Of a stretch of 46,372 bases of DNA, positions 7,601 through 16,295 are shown one piece after another; within the stretch, counting starts at the first letter, position 1, and every line of letters begins with the position of its first letter. The notes beneath the pieces were generated by a model. It searched no databases. It had not been told where the DNA came from and worked only from the letters and a program-made list of their open reading frames with translations. Source of the DNA: Minisyncoccota bacterium (GTDB lineage Bacteria > Patescibacteriota > Minisyncoccia > Minisyncoccales > GBS-2); the NCBI GenBank assembly GCA_938023415.1, contig CALHEE010000012.1:1-46372 (forward strand), in the 5' to 3' direction. A program made the translations under genes and the position numbers.

Positions 7601-8213
7601 TTTTTTAAGTGAATATTTTTATCAAAAACTTTTAAACTTAAACTTTCGATCTAAAAAATCAGTTCACCTGGAAGATTGGCCAGAACTTAAAAGAGAGTTT
7701 TTTGATAATAAACTGGAAAAAAAGATGGAAAAGACCAGAGAAATTGTTTCTTTAGTTTTGGCTGAAAGAAAAAGAGCGAAAATAAAAGTGCGCCAACCAT
7801 TGGCTACCTTGAAAATTAAAGATCAAACAATAAAGAAAGATAAAGAATTAATAGAACTGATCAAAGAAGAGGTAAATGTCAAAGAGGTCATTTTCGATGA
7901 AAAATTGGAAAAAGAAATTGAATTGGATTTCACCATTACCCCAGAGTTAAAAGAAGAAGGAATTTTGCGAGAAATTATGCGTCAAATTCAAGTAATGAGA
8001 AAAGAAGCTGGTCTTAGACCGACAGACAAAATCGTGGTAAAATATCAGGCAGAAGGGGAACTGGGAGAAATCTTGGCAAAAAATCAAAAATTGATCGAAG
8101 ATAAGTTAAAAGTAAAAGAGTTCACTAAGGCGGAAGAAGAAATGGGCTTTGATTTAAAAAAAGAAATTAAAATTAACACTCAAACCATTATTTTGGCAAT
8201 AAAGAAAATTTAA
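4692..8213 (+). CDS. ileS: Isoleucine--tRNA ligase (type 2, archaeal/eukaryote-like) carrying an internal histidine-phosphatase domain
   Basis: Motifs: PPTANAKPGIHHV (HIGH region), KMSKSKGN (KMSKS), TTTPWTLPGN editing domain, WECKSCG...CQRCGG zinc knuckle, DCWFDSGAMP. It is 1173 aa because of an insertion of about 196 aa. Confidence 0.95.
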   Translation: MKLKLSKLEEKIIRFWKKNQIFEKSIKKRKRNKHFVFYEGPPTANAKPGIHHVLTRIFKDLICRYKTMRGFLVLRKAGWDTHGLPVELEIEKKLGIKSKKEIEKYGISKFNKECKKSVWSYKREWEKLTERIGFWLDMKNPYITYETSYIESLWWILKKIWQDGLLYEDYRVSPYCPRCQTILSTHELAQGYQKIKEPAIYLKFPILNPEFKKTSLLIWTTTPWTLPGNVAVAINENFKYCQIKIGEEFFILAKERIKPLKLNGEIIQEFFGKDLLKIYYQPPYPLEEEKKMTIYRVISGDFVSLEEGTGLVHIAPAFGEEDMEVIKKENAKLKSQGLPEFPIILTVDEEGKFKLNVQKWAGLFVKNADPLIIQDLRERGLLFKEELYEHDYPFCWRCHTPLLYYAKKSWFIKMTAMKEKLIENNRKINWVPEYLKEGRFGEWLREVKDWALSRERYWGTPLPVWECKSCGAKEVIGSREDLLRQKFSQNRYFILRHGESEMNKKGIIISLLPEKIPCPLTQKGKREIKKICQKLKREKIDLIISSDLLRAKETAEIVGKELGIKPFFDKRLRDIKAGIFEGKKLSQFLSFWKSYEERFFKKPKGGESYNDLKKRMYKFLKEIEEKYSGKTILLISHQRPLAMLEGAVKGFEPKEFLKKIEPYKLKTGELREIEFKIFPYNENGQLDFHRPFIDEVKFFCQRCGGIMERRPEVIDCWFDSGAMPFAQAHWPFAWSKTKNSRFEIQNFVKKGFQFPADFICEAVDQTRGWFYTLLAISTLLGFGPAYKNVISLGHVLDEKGEKMSKSKGNVVDPWSLIEKYGIESIRWYFFTINQPSDPKLFSEKDVEEAFQKFILIFWNCLIFYQTYNRKARLNLISPPPITTLSILDKWIISKLERLIQECTESLEKYQITRAGRLIENFVIKDLSLWYIRRSRKKFQFPANKKEFEKSSRVLGFVLLTLTKLIAPFLPFLSEYFYQKLLNLNFRSKKSVHLEDWPELKREFFDNKLEKKMEKTREIVSLVLAERKRAKIKVRQPLATLKIKDQTIKKDKELIELIKEEVNVKEVIFDEKLEKEIELDFTITPELKEEGILREIMRQIQVMRKEAGLRPTDKIVVKYQAEGELGEILAKNQKLIEDKLKVKEFTKAEEEMGFDLKKEIKINTQTIILAIKKI
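6162..6749 (+). other. Inserted histidine-phosphatase (phosphoglycerate-mutase-like, His_Phos_1-type) domain within IleRS, residues ~491-686
   Basis: All four signature blocks of the superfamily are present: RYFILRHGESEMN (RHG catalytic His), SSDLLRAKETAEIV (second Arg), KGGESYNDLKKR (catalytic Glu) and ILLISHQRPL (second His). The insert is flanked by canonical IleRS sequence (EVIGSREDL ... DFHRPFIDEV). Confidence 0.85.
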
Positions 8214-8219
8214 ATTAAA

Positions 8220-9227
8220 ATGTTGTATTTAATTTTTTGGCTATTAATTTTCATTTTCAGCTTGATTTTTTTGATCAAGGGGGCTGATTGGTTCGTAGAA
8301 AGTTCAGAAAAAATCGCGCTTTTTTTCAAAGTTTCACCATTTGTCGTTGGGATAATTATTGTGGCCATCGGTACTTCTTTTCCTGAGCTTGCTTCTTCTT
8401 TAGCTGCGACCCTAAAAGGAGCGACTGAAATAGTTGCTGCTAATGTCATTGGTTCTAATATCGCTAACATTCTCTTAATCGTTGGATTATCGGCGGTAGT
8501 GGCCAGGAAATTAATGGTAAGAAGAAGTTTAATTGACATTGATCTACCTCTCTTAGCCTCCACTACTGTTTTATTTGGTTTTATTCTTTTAGACAGAAAA
8601 ATTATCTGGCCTGAATCAGTTTTGCTTTTAATTGCCTTTTTAGTTTATGTTTTTTACTCCGTTCAACAAAGCTCAGAATCTCCAGAAAAACCGCTCCCAG
8701 AAGAAATGGTTGAAGATGAGTACTTTGAGGTTTTGCCTTCAAGAAAGGATAGGAGAAGAGCCAAAAAGAAATTGGAAAAATTTGATCTCAAAATAATTTT
8801 TTATCTAATTGCAGGACTGATATTTTTAGTTTTGGGGGCAAACTATATAGTGGAATCAGTCTTAAAATTGTCAGAAATCTTGAAAATATCTCCTTCACTC
8901 ATTTCCATTTTAGGGGTGGCAGTAGGTACTTCTTTACCAGAATTGGTAGTTTCAGTAAGGGCTGCCTGGCAAAAAAGGTATGAAATTTCTTTAGGAAATA
9001 TTTTTGGTTCTAATGTTTTCAATAGTTTGGTTGTCATCGGTCTTCCCGGCCTAATTAAACCGTTATCCGTAGACGAAATCACTCTTTTTATTGGCTTTCC
9101 TTTTATGGCCATCGCTACCTTACTTTTTGTCATCTCTGGAATCACCCGTCGAATTAGCATTTGGGAAGGAGCAATGTATTTGTTCATTTATATTTTATTT
9201 GTGGCAAAACTTTTCCGCTTTTTTTAA
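8220..9227 (+). CDS. Ca2+/Na+ antiporter, CaCA family (YrbG-like)
   Basis: 335 aa and polytopic. It has two alpha-repeats, GTSFPELASS...GSNIANILL and GTSLPELVVS...GSNVFNSLV, separated by a charged loop. Confidence 0.8.
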   Translation: MLYLIFWLLIFIFSLIFLIKGADWFVESSEKIALFFKVSPFVVGIIIVAIGTSFPELASSLAATLKGATEIVAANVIGSNIANILLIVGLSAVVARKLMVRRSLIDIDLPLLASTTVLFGFILLDRKIIWPESVLLLIAFLVYVFYSVQQSSESPEKPLPEEMVEDEYFEVLPSRKDRRRAKKKLEKFDLKIIFYLIAGLIFLVLGANYIVESVLKLSEILKISPSLISILGVAVGTSLPELVVSVRAAWQKRYEISLGNIFGSNVFNSLVVIGLPGLIKPLSVDEITLFIGFPFMAIATLLFVISGITRRISIWEGAMYLFIYILFVAKLFRFF

Positions 9228-9257
9228 AGGTCGAGAATATTTCAAGTTAGTTTTCTT

Positions 9258-9539
9258 ATGAACAAACAAAAACCATCACGCTCTTTTTCAGGAAGTCTTT
9301 TTAGGAAATATGGTGGGAGAATGACTCTTTCCCAACTTCATCAGTTTCTTAGTCGAGAAAGCATGCATCCTTGGGAAAGAGAATACACAAAGAGAGTGAT
9401 AGAGAAATATCATTTTCCTAGCAGTCCTCATATTACCGAACAAGAATTCAAAAAGGCATTAGAAGAAATGGCCAAAAACACTAAAGATCCGATGGGAATA
9501 AAAAGAATAAATCAACTGAAAAAAAGATTCGGTTTGTAA
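9258..9539 (+). CDS. Hypothetical protein (93 aa)
   Basis: Non-repetitive, mixed-composition ORF that fills an otherwise empty slot in a co-directional gene run. No recognisable motif. Confidence 0.45.
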   Translation: MNKQKPSRSFSGSLFRKYGGRMTLSQLHQFLSRESMHPWEREYTKRVIEKYHFPSSPHITEQEFKKALEEMAKNTKDPMGIKRINQLKKRFGL

Positions 9540-9545
9540 AATAAA

Positions 9546-10289
9546 TTGATGTTTTTCCATTACCGAACACAAGGTTTTATTTTAAAGAAAGAAAACCGAG
9601 GAGAAGCAGATCAAATATTAACTGTTTACACAAAGGATTTCGGAAAATTGGAGATTTTGGCAAAGAGCATCAGAAAAATTACCTCAAAATTGAGATCAGG
9701 CGCAGAAGTTTTCTATCTTTCTGAAATTGAATTCGTTCAAGGAAAAAACTATAAAACCTTAACTGATGCAATCGCTCTGAAGAAATTTGAAAAGATCAGA
9801 AAAAATGTATTAAAATTAGATATCGCTTTCAGGATTTCAGAAGTTGTTGATCAACTAGTGAGAGGAGAAGAAGTTGATGAAAGAATCTGGTATTTGTTAA
9901 AGGAAACTTTTACCCAACTCAACAACCAAAAACTTAAAAGTTTCAATTTACAATTACTTTACTATTGCTTTTTTTGGAACCTCTTATCTTATTTGGGTTA
10001 TCGACCAGAACTTTACAATTGCGTTCTATGTCAAAAAAGGTTAAAGCCAGAAAGGCTTTATTTCAGCTCAAAAGAAGGCGGAGTGATTTGCCAAAATTGT
10101 TTTGAAAAAAATAAAACTACCGCTATTTTCATAAAGCCAGAGATTATCAAAATATTAAGGGAAATGTTAAAGAAGAATTGGAAAATATTGGAAAGACTGA
10201 AGAAAGAAAGGACGGTTTTTTATTCTCTGGAAAAAATTTCCAAAAATTCTCTTGGGAAAATTTTGGAAAACAATGAAAAAAATCTTTAA
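9546..10289 (+). CDS. recO: DNA repair protein RecO
   Basis: N-terminal OB-fold pattern (GFILKKENRGEADQILTVYTKDFGKLEILAKSIRK..SKLRS). C-terminal CxxC...CxxC zinc motif (CVLCQK...CQNC). Confidence 0.85.
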   Translation: MMFFHYRTQGFILKKENRGEADQILTVYTKDFGKLEILAKSIRKITSKLRSGAEVFYLSEIEFVQGKNYKTLTDAIALKKFEKIRKNVLKLDIAFRISEVVDQLVRGEEVDERIWYLLKETFTQLNNQKLKSFNLQLLYYCFFWNLLSYLGYRPELYNCVLCQKRLKPERLYFSSKEGGVICQNCFEKNKTTAIFIKPEIIKILREMLKKNWKILERLKKERTVFYSLEKISKNSLGKILENNEKNL

Positions 10290-11937
10290 TTTTTTCTTTA
10301 TCCTCATTGCTTTTCTCTTTATCGTTTTAGTTTGGAATTGGCGAAAGAATGTTTTTTCCAAGGAGGATTTAAAATTGGAGATTTTAGGTCCCTCCGAAGC
10401 TAATTTATTAGAAGAGGTAGAATATATTGTCAAATATAAAAACAACGGGAGGTTTAGATTAGAAGAACCTACTTTAGTTTTTATTCCTCCAGAAAATTCC
10501 ATTAGAGGAGAAAAAATTTTTGAAAGAGAAACTTTTTCTTCAGAAAAATTGGGTGAGGCAATTTATCCTGGAGAAGAGAGGGCCATTTCTTTTAAATTTA
10601 GGCTTTTAGGAAAAGAGGGAGAGAAAAAAATCGCCCAAGCTCTCATTACTTGCCGACCAAAAAATTTAAAAGCCCAATACACAGTTTCTACCAGTTTTAC
10701 TACTGTTTTGAAAAGCGCTCCCTTAACTTTTGAATTTGACCTTCCTTCAAGAATTTTTCCAGAGCAACAATTTATTTTGAGAATAAATTACTTTTCCAAT
10801 TTAGACTATCCTCTAACCAATTTACGAGCTCAAGTAGAATATCCAGAGGGGTTTAAATTTCTTGAGTCTTTCCCAAAATCGTTAGAAGAGACAGATTGGG
10901 AAATTCCTGTTTTAAATAAAGCGCAGGGAGGAAGAATTGAAGTGAAAGGAAAACTTTTTGGGGAAGTAGGAACAGCCAGAATTTTCAAGGCTAAATTGGG
11001 AATTTTAAAGGAAGGAAGGTTTATTTTACTTAAAGAAGCAATGAAAGGGGTTGAAATTATTAAACCATCAATTTTCTTGCGCCAAGAAATTAATAATAGT
11101 CCCGAATATGTTGCTATGCCAGGAGATTGGCTTCATTATGAAATTTATTTCAAAAATATTGGTGAAAAAGATTTGGAAAATTTAACTTTAATTTCAAAAC
11201 TGGAAGGGGAGGCCTTTGATTTTGAGACGATCAAATCAGAATTAGGAATTGTCCATCCCGGAGATAACACCATCTTCTTTGAATGGAAAAAAGTTCCTAA
11301 ACTTCAATATCTTCCACCAATGGCTGAGGGAAAGGTGGATTTTTGGGTAAAATTAAAAGAAGATCTGGGGCAAGTGAAAGAGCACATTTTGCGAAATAAG
11401 ATTTTTATTGGCGAGATAAAAGAAGAATTTATTACCAAAATAAGCACTAAATTAGAACTTGTTCAAAGGGGATATTTTTATGACGAGATTTTTGGCAACT
11501 CTGGTCCTCTTCCACCGACAGTTGGTCAAAAAACCACCTATACAATTTTGTGGCAGGTGAAAAATTATTATTCTGATGTCAAGGATGTAAAAGTAAGGGC
11601 TAAGCTACCTTTCAATGTTGAACTTACAGGGAAAATTTTTCCTGAAGACCAGGTGGCAAAGTTTGCTTTTGATTCAAACTCCAGAGAGATTGTTTGGACA
11701 GTAGGAGATGTGGAAAAAGGGAGTGGAATTTTAAAACCTGCCCAGACAATTGCTTTTCAAGTTGCCCTATTGCCACAAGAGTCAGACAAAGGGAAAACAC
11801 CTGAAATTATCACTGAGGTGAAAATTGAAGGATTGGATCTCTGGACAGGAGCCAATTTAGTAAACGAAATTTCCTCTTTAAACACCACCTTACCTGACGA
11901 TCGAAATTTAGCTGAGGGAATGGGTATTGTTCAATAA
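10273..11937 (+). CDS. Membrane-anchored extracytoplasmic protein with repeated beta-sandwich (DUF11/CARDB-like) modules
   Basis: N-terminal anchor MKKIFNFFFILIAFLFIVLVWNW, then about 530 aa of repeated beta-rich segments (e.g. V.Y.V.YKN.G, YEIYFKNIGEKDLENL, YTILWQVKN). The ORF track starts at 10252; I prefer the in-frame ATG at 10273, directly before the signal anchor. Confidence 0.6.
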   Translation: MKKIFNFFFILIAFLFIVLVWNWRKNVFSKEDLKLEILGPSEANLLEEVEYIVKYKNNGRFRLEEPTLVFIPPENSIRGEKIFERETFSSEKLGEAIYPGEERAISFKFRLLGKEGEKKIAQALITCRPKNLKAQYTVSTSFTTVLKSAPLTFEFDLPSRIFPEQQFILRINYFSNLDYPLTNLRAQVEYPEGFKFLESFPKSLEETDWEIPVLNKAQGGRIEVKGKLFGEVGTARIFKAKLGILKEGRFILLKEAMKGVEIIKPSIFLRQEINNSPEYVAMPGDWLHYEIYFKNIGEKDLENLTLISKLEGEAFDFETIKSELGIVHPGDNTIFFEWKKVPKLQYLPPMAEGKVDFWVKLKEDLGQVKEHILRNKIFIGEIKEEFITKISTKLELVQRGYFYDEIFGNSGPLPPTVGQKTTYTILWQVKNYYSDVKDVKVRAKLPFNVELTGKIFPEDQVAKFAFDSNSREIVWTVGDVEKGSGILKPAQTIAFQVALLPQESDKGKTPEIITEVKIEGLDLWTGANLVNEISSLNTTLPDDRNLAEGMGIVQ

Positions 11938-11954
11938 TTCATTCAAAATCATTC

Positions 11955-13319
11955 ATGGCTGATTTAATGTCAAAAATTATTTCTTTGGCTAAAAGACGTG
12001 GATTTATCTTCCCCTCTTCAGAGATTTACGGAGGGGTAGAAGGAATTTGGGATTTTGGCCCCCTGGGGGCTTTAATGAAAGAAAATATTAGAAAACTTTG
12101 GTTAAAAAAATTTGTCTTGGAAAAAGATGATGTCGTTTTAATTGAAGGATCAATTATCATGCATCCTAAAGTTTGGGAAGCTTCAGGTCATTTGGAACAC
12201 TTTACCGATCCTTTGGTGGAGTGTAAAAAATGTCATTTGCGCTATCGTGCCGATCAGATGGCAGGGGGTAAATTTATCGGTCAGGGAAAGGCAGAAAAAG
12301 CTAATCAATGTCCTAATTGCGGTTCGCTCGATTTTACCGAACCTAAAATGTTTAACCTCATGTTGAAAACATTTTTAGGACCGATTGAAGACAAGGCTCA
12401 CCAAACTTATTTAAGGCCCGAAACCGCTCAGTCAATGTTTACCAATTTTAAAAATGTTTTAAGTTCAATGAGGTTAAAACTTCCTTTTGGAATTGCTCAA
12501 ATCGGAAAAAGTTTTAGAAATGAGATTACCTTAGGAGATTTTATTTTTCGCTCTCGAGAGTTTGAAATTGCCGAGATTGAATATTTCGTCAAGCCAGGGG
12601 AAGATGAGAAATATTTCGAAATTTGGTTAGATAGGTGGGAAAAATTCTTTTTGGATTTGGGAATTAGGAAAGAAAATTTAAGAAGGAAAGAACATCCTAA
12701 AGAAAAATTAGCCCATTATTCCAAAAGGACGGTCGACATTGAATATAAATTTCCTTTTGGTTGGCAGGAATTGGCTGGAGTAGCCAATCGAACAGATTAT
12801 GACCTAAAGAGGCACTCCCTTTTTTCAAAAGAAGATTTAAGCTATTTTGATGAAAAAGAAAAGAAAAGATACTATCCGTATGTCATTGAACCTACGGTAG
12901 GAATAGAAAGAATATTTTTGGCTATTTTATGTGAAGGATTTACTGAAATTAAAGGAGGAAGGGCAAAAGCTAATCATCAGACCAAAGAAGTAGAAATTTT
13001 ACTAAAATTAGATAAAAAAGTAGCCCCGATTAAAGTAGGAGTTTTGCCGTTGGTAAAAAACAAATCTGAGTTGGTGGAAAAAGCAAAAGAGGTTTATCGA
13101 ATGTTAAAACCACATTTTGTCGCTCAATACGATGAGGTAGGTTCTATTGGCCGGAGATATCGAAGGCTAGATGAGATTGGATGTCCTTTTGCCGTGACCG
13201 TGGATTTTGAGAGCTTAGAGAAAGAAGATGTGACCGTTCGCGATCGTGATACCATGGCCCAAGAAAGAGTAAAGATTAAAGAGTTGGTCGATTTTTTAAG
13301 AGAAAAATTGGAAAAATAA
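11955..13319 (+). CDS. glyQS: Glycine--tRNA ligase (dimeric alpha2 type)
   Basis: 454 aa, KRRGFIFPSSEIYGG..G.WDFGPLG; class II motifs YLRPETAQ..F and GIERI; C-terminal anticodon-binding domain. Confidence 0.93.
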   Translation: MADLMSKIISLAKRRGFIFPSSEIYGGVEGIWDFGPLGALMKENIRKLWLKKFVLEKDDVVLIEGSIIMHPKVWEASGHLEHFTDPLVECKKCHLRYRADQMAGGKFIGQGKAEKANQCPNCGSLDFTEPKMFNLMLKTFLGPIEDKAHQTYLRPETAQSMFTNFKNVLSSMRLKLPFGIAQIGKSFRNEITLGDFIFRSREFEIAEIEYFVKPGEDEKYFEIWLDRWEKFFLDLGIRKENLRRKEHPKEKLAHYSKRTVDIEYKFPFGWQELAGVANRTDYDLKRHSLFSKEDLSYFDEKEKKRYYPYVIEPTVGIERIFLAILCEGFTEIKGGRAKANHQTKEVEILLKLDKKVAPIKVGVLPLVKNKSELVEKAKEVYRMLKPHFVAQYDEVGSIGRRYRRLDEIGCPFAVTVDFESLEKEDVTVRDRDTMAQERVKIKELVDFLREKLEK

Positions 13320-13324
13320 AAATT

Positions 13325-14590
13325 ATGTTTAAAAAGATTACCCTCAAAAATGGTTTGAGAATTATCACTGTTCCCCAAAAAAATACTCAAGCAGTGACCA
13401 TTTTGGTTTTGGTGGGTACTGGTTCAAAATATGAAACAAAAGAGGAAAACGGGATTTCTCATTTTTTAGAGCATATGTATTTTAAGGGGACAAGAAAAAG
13501 ACCATCTTCTCTAGCCATTGCTGAGACTTTAGACAGGGTAGGTGGCATCTATAACGCTTTTACTACTCAGGAATTTACCGGATATTTTGCCAAGGTATCC
13601 AGTTCTCATTTTGAATTAGCTTTAGATTGGGTTTCAGACATTTTTCTGAATAGTCTATTGCCAGAAAAAGAGATTGAAAAAGAAAAAGGAGTAATTATTG
13701 AAGAAATCAATATGTACTATGATCACCCCATGAGTTACATTGAGATTTTATGGCCTAAGCTCTTGTACGGAGATCAGCCAGCTGGTTGGGAAGTTGCTGG
13801 AAAAAAAGAAACAGTAGCCAAAATGACCAGAGAAAAACTTTTAAACTATATGAAAACCCAATATGTTGCCTCAAACACCATTGTTTCTGTAGCAGGGAAG
13901 ATCAACGAGAAAAAGGCTGTTTCTCAAATCAGAAAATATTTTGCCAAAATTAGAACTCAAAAACCAAAAAGCAAACCTCCAGTTTTTGAAAAACAAAATT
14001 GTCCAAAAGTTTTTTTGGAATTTAGAAATACAGAGCAAACTCACTTGGCCTTAGGGGTGAGGGGATACAATCTTTTTCATCCTCAAAGATATGCTCAAGA
14101 GATCTTAGGAATCATTTTAGGGGGAATGATGAGTTCACGGTTGTTTGAAGAAATAAGAACAAAATTGGGCATTGCTTACTATCTAAGAACAGAAGTGGAG
14201 GCAAACCCCGATACTGGTTATTTAGTGACTTTTGCCGGAATTGAAAATAAAAATGTGGAAAAGGCAATCAAAAAAATTCTTCAAGAATACAAAAAAATTT
14301 CTCAAAAAAAAGTTCAATCAAAAGAACTGAAAAAGGCAAAAGATTATTTAAAAGGGAAGATGACATTGCTTTTGGAATCTTCCGAGGCTCAAGCTTCGTT
14401 TTATGCGGAACAAGAAATTTTAGAAAGGAAGATTCTCACGCCCAAGGAGATTTTTGAGAAAATTGAAAAGATTTCTCCAAGTGATATCTTGAAAGTGGCC
14501 AAGGAGATTTTTAAGCCAAAAAGGTTAAATTTAGCCCTTATTGGCCCATTTCAAAATAAAGAAAGGTTCGAAAAAATATTAAAACTATAA
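13325..14590 (+). CDS. M16-family (pitrilysin/insulinase-like) zinc peptidase
   Basis: Inverted zinc motif HFLEH, followed by MYFKGT and EKGVIIEEI, in a 421-aa two-lobed protein. Confidence 0.85.
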   Translation: MFKKITLKNGLRIITVPQKNTQAVTILVLVGTGSKYETKEENGISHFLEHMYFKGTRKRPSSLAIAETLDRVGGIYNAFTTQEFTGYFAKVSSSHFELALDWVSDIFLNSLLPEKEIEKEKGVIIEEINMYYDHPMSYIEILWPKLLYGDQPAGWEVAGKKETVAKMTREKLLNYMKTQYVASNTIVSVAGKINEKKAVSQIRKYFAKIRTQKPKSKPPVFEKQNCPKVFLEFRNTEQTHLALGVRGYNLFHPQRYAQEILGIILGGMMSSRLFEEIRTKLGIAYYLRTEVEANPDTGYLVTFAGIENKNVEKAIKKILQEYKKISQKKVQSKELKKAKDYLKGKMTLLLESSEAQASFYAEQEILERKILTPKEIFEKIEKISPSDILKVAKEIFKPKRLNLALIGPFQNKERFEKILKL

Positions 14591-14598
14591 TTTTAAAG

Positions 14599-15624
14599 AT
14601 GAATGAAGAAAAACTATTAGACCTCTCTTGGTCGACGATTTTAAAAATAGTTTTTACCATCTTCATTGCCTATTTGATTTTTTTAATCAAAGAAATTTTG
14701 ATTTTGGTTTTATTTTCAACTGTTTTGGCCATTTTGTTTGAGCCAGCAATTAGATTTTTTCAAAAATTTAAAGTGAGACGATCTCTGGCCACTCTTTTGG
14801 TTTATTTGGGTTTTTTTCTTCTTTTGGCCACGATTTTTTTTCTTTTAGCTAAAGTTTTGACAGAGGAAGCTAAACAATTCTTTAAAATTTTTCCTCAAAT
14901 TTTCGATCAATCTTCTCCTTTTGTTAAAACATTCGGCCAAGAATTTTTCGGAAGTTTGCAATCTTTGTTGAACTCATTACCTCAGTGGATTTCAAAAGCT
15001 TCCCTTGGCTTTTTTTCTGCGATTGTTTCTCTTTTTGGGGGAATATTCAGTACCCTCACCATCTTTGCCTTGGCTATTTTTATTTCTTTGGAAGAAGGTT
15101 CGATCGAAAAAACAATCTCTCTTTTTGTTCCTCAAAAATACAAAAACTTAATTGAAACTTTGTGGGAAAATTCCCGCCAAAGGGTGACAGCTTGGTTTGG
15201 GGCGAGGATTCTTACTTGTTGCTTGGTCGGGATAATGGTTTATCTTACTTGTCATTTTTTAGAGATTGAATATGGGGGATTGTTTGCTCTTTTGGCTGGC
15301 TTTTTAGATTTGCTTCCCATTTTTGGACCTTTTTTGGCCGGCCTTCCTATTGTTCTTTTTGCCCTTTTTGACTCTTTTTTAAAAGCCATTTTTGCTGTTC
15401 TTGCTCTTTTGTTAATTCAACAAATTGAAGGAAACATCTTAACACCTTTTTTGAGTAAAAGGTTTCTTAACGTTTCTCCTTTTCTCGTTTTGTTTTCTCT
15501 CCTTGTTGGGGGGAAGCTTTTTGGTTTTTGGGGGGCGATCTTTGCCATTCCTTTGTTAACTCTTCTTTTTGAAATGGGTAAGGAAATTTTAATAATGACA
15601 AAAAAAGAAACAATCTATGAATAA
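14599..15624 (+). CDS. AI-2E family transporter (PerM/UPF0118-like permease)
   Basis: 341 aa with 7-8 hydrophobic helices. The helix pattern and the IQQIEGNILTP motif are typical of this family. Confidence 0.7.
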   Translation: MNEEKLLDLSWSTILKIVFTIFIAYLIFLIKEILILVLFSTVLAILFEPAIRFFQKFKVRRSLATLLVYLGFFLLLATIFFLLAKVLTEEAKQFFKIFPQIFDQSSPFVKTFGQEFFGSLQSLLNSLPQWISKASLGFFSAIVSLFGGIFSTLTIFALAIFISLEEGSIEKTISLFVPQKYKNLIETLWENSRQRVTAWFGARILTCCLVGIMVYLTCHFLEIEYGGLFALLAGFLDLLPIFGPFLAGLPIVLFALFDSFLKAIFAVLALLLIQQIEGNILTPFLSKRFLNVSPFLVLFSLLVGGKLFGFWGAIFAIPLLTLLFEMGKEILIMTKKETIYE

Positions 15625-16291
15625 ACTTTACCTTGTTGCTACTCCAATTGGCAACCTAAAAGATCTCTCCTTTCGTGCTCTTGAAGTTTTAAAAGAGGTC
15701 GATTTAATCTTGTGCGAAGACACGCGGGTGGCAAAAAAATTATTGGCTCATTATCAAATTAAAACCCCAATTTTAAGTTATCACCAGCACTCAAGAATTA
15801 AAAAAATCAATTATATTCTTTCTCTTTTAAAAATGGGAAAAAATTTAGCTTTAATTTCTGATGCTGGAACACCTGGTATTTCCGATCCTGGGGGAAAACT
15901 TGTAAGTTTAGTAAAAGAAAAAACCCCTCAGGTAAAAATTACACCTATTCCTGGACCATCAGCCATCACTGCTGCTGCTTCAATTTCTGGCTTTTCTATG
16001 GAAAAATTTCTTTTTTTAGGATTTCCCCCTAAAAAAAGAAAAAGAAAAAAATTTTTCGAAGAAGTGGCCAATTCAAAATATCCAGTTATCTTTTACGAAT
16101 CGCCTTATCGAATAATAAAAACTTTAACCCAATTGGCTTTTTTTATTCCAGGTCGAGAAATAGTAGTTTGTCGGGAATTGACGAAAAAATTTGAAAGTAT
16201 TTACCGAGGAAAAATTGATGAGGTCATAAGGGAAATAAGCGAGGATGAAATAAAAGGGGAATTTGTGATAGTAGTTTCTGGTAAAATATAA
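15617..16291 (+). CDS. rsmI: 16S rRNA (cytidine1402-2'-O)-methyltransferase
   Basis: LYLVATPIGNLKDLS.RALEVLKEVDLI.CEDTR and DAGTPGISDPG are tetrapyrrole-methylase-fold RsmI signatures. Confidence 0.9.
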   Translation: MNKLYLVATPIGNLKDLSFRALEVLKEVDLILCEDTRVAKKLLAHYQIKTPILSYHQHSRIKKINYILSLLKMGKNLALISDAGTPGISDPGGKLVSLVKEKTPQVKITPIPGPSAITAAASISGFSMEKFLFLGFPPKKRKRKKFFEEVANSKYPVIFYESPYRIIKTLTQLAFFIPGREIVVCRELTKKFESIYRGKIDEVIREISEDEIKGEFVIVVSGKI

Positions 16292-16295
16292 ATTT

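Noticed and set aside
8210-8563. Numerous 60-150-codon antisense or off-frame ORFs in the track, e.g. 468-677, 1350-1652, 8210-8563, 19261-19602, 31552-31935, 40908-41366 and 41278-41580.
   Set aside because: They lie wholly inside strongly supported genes. Their Phe/Ser/Leu/Ile-rich, low-complexity translations are what one expects from reading Lys/Glu-rich AT-rich genes on the opposite strand or in another frame.
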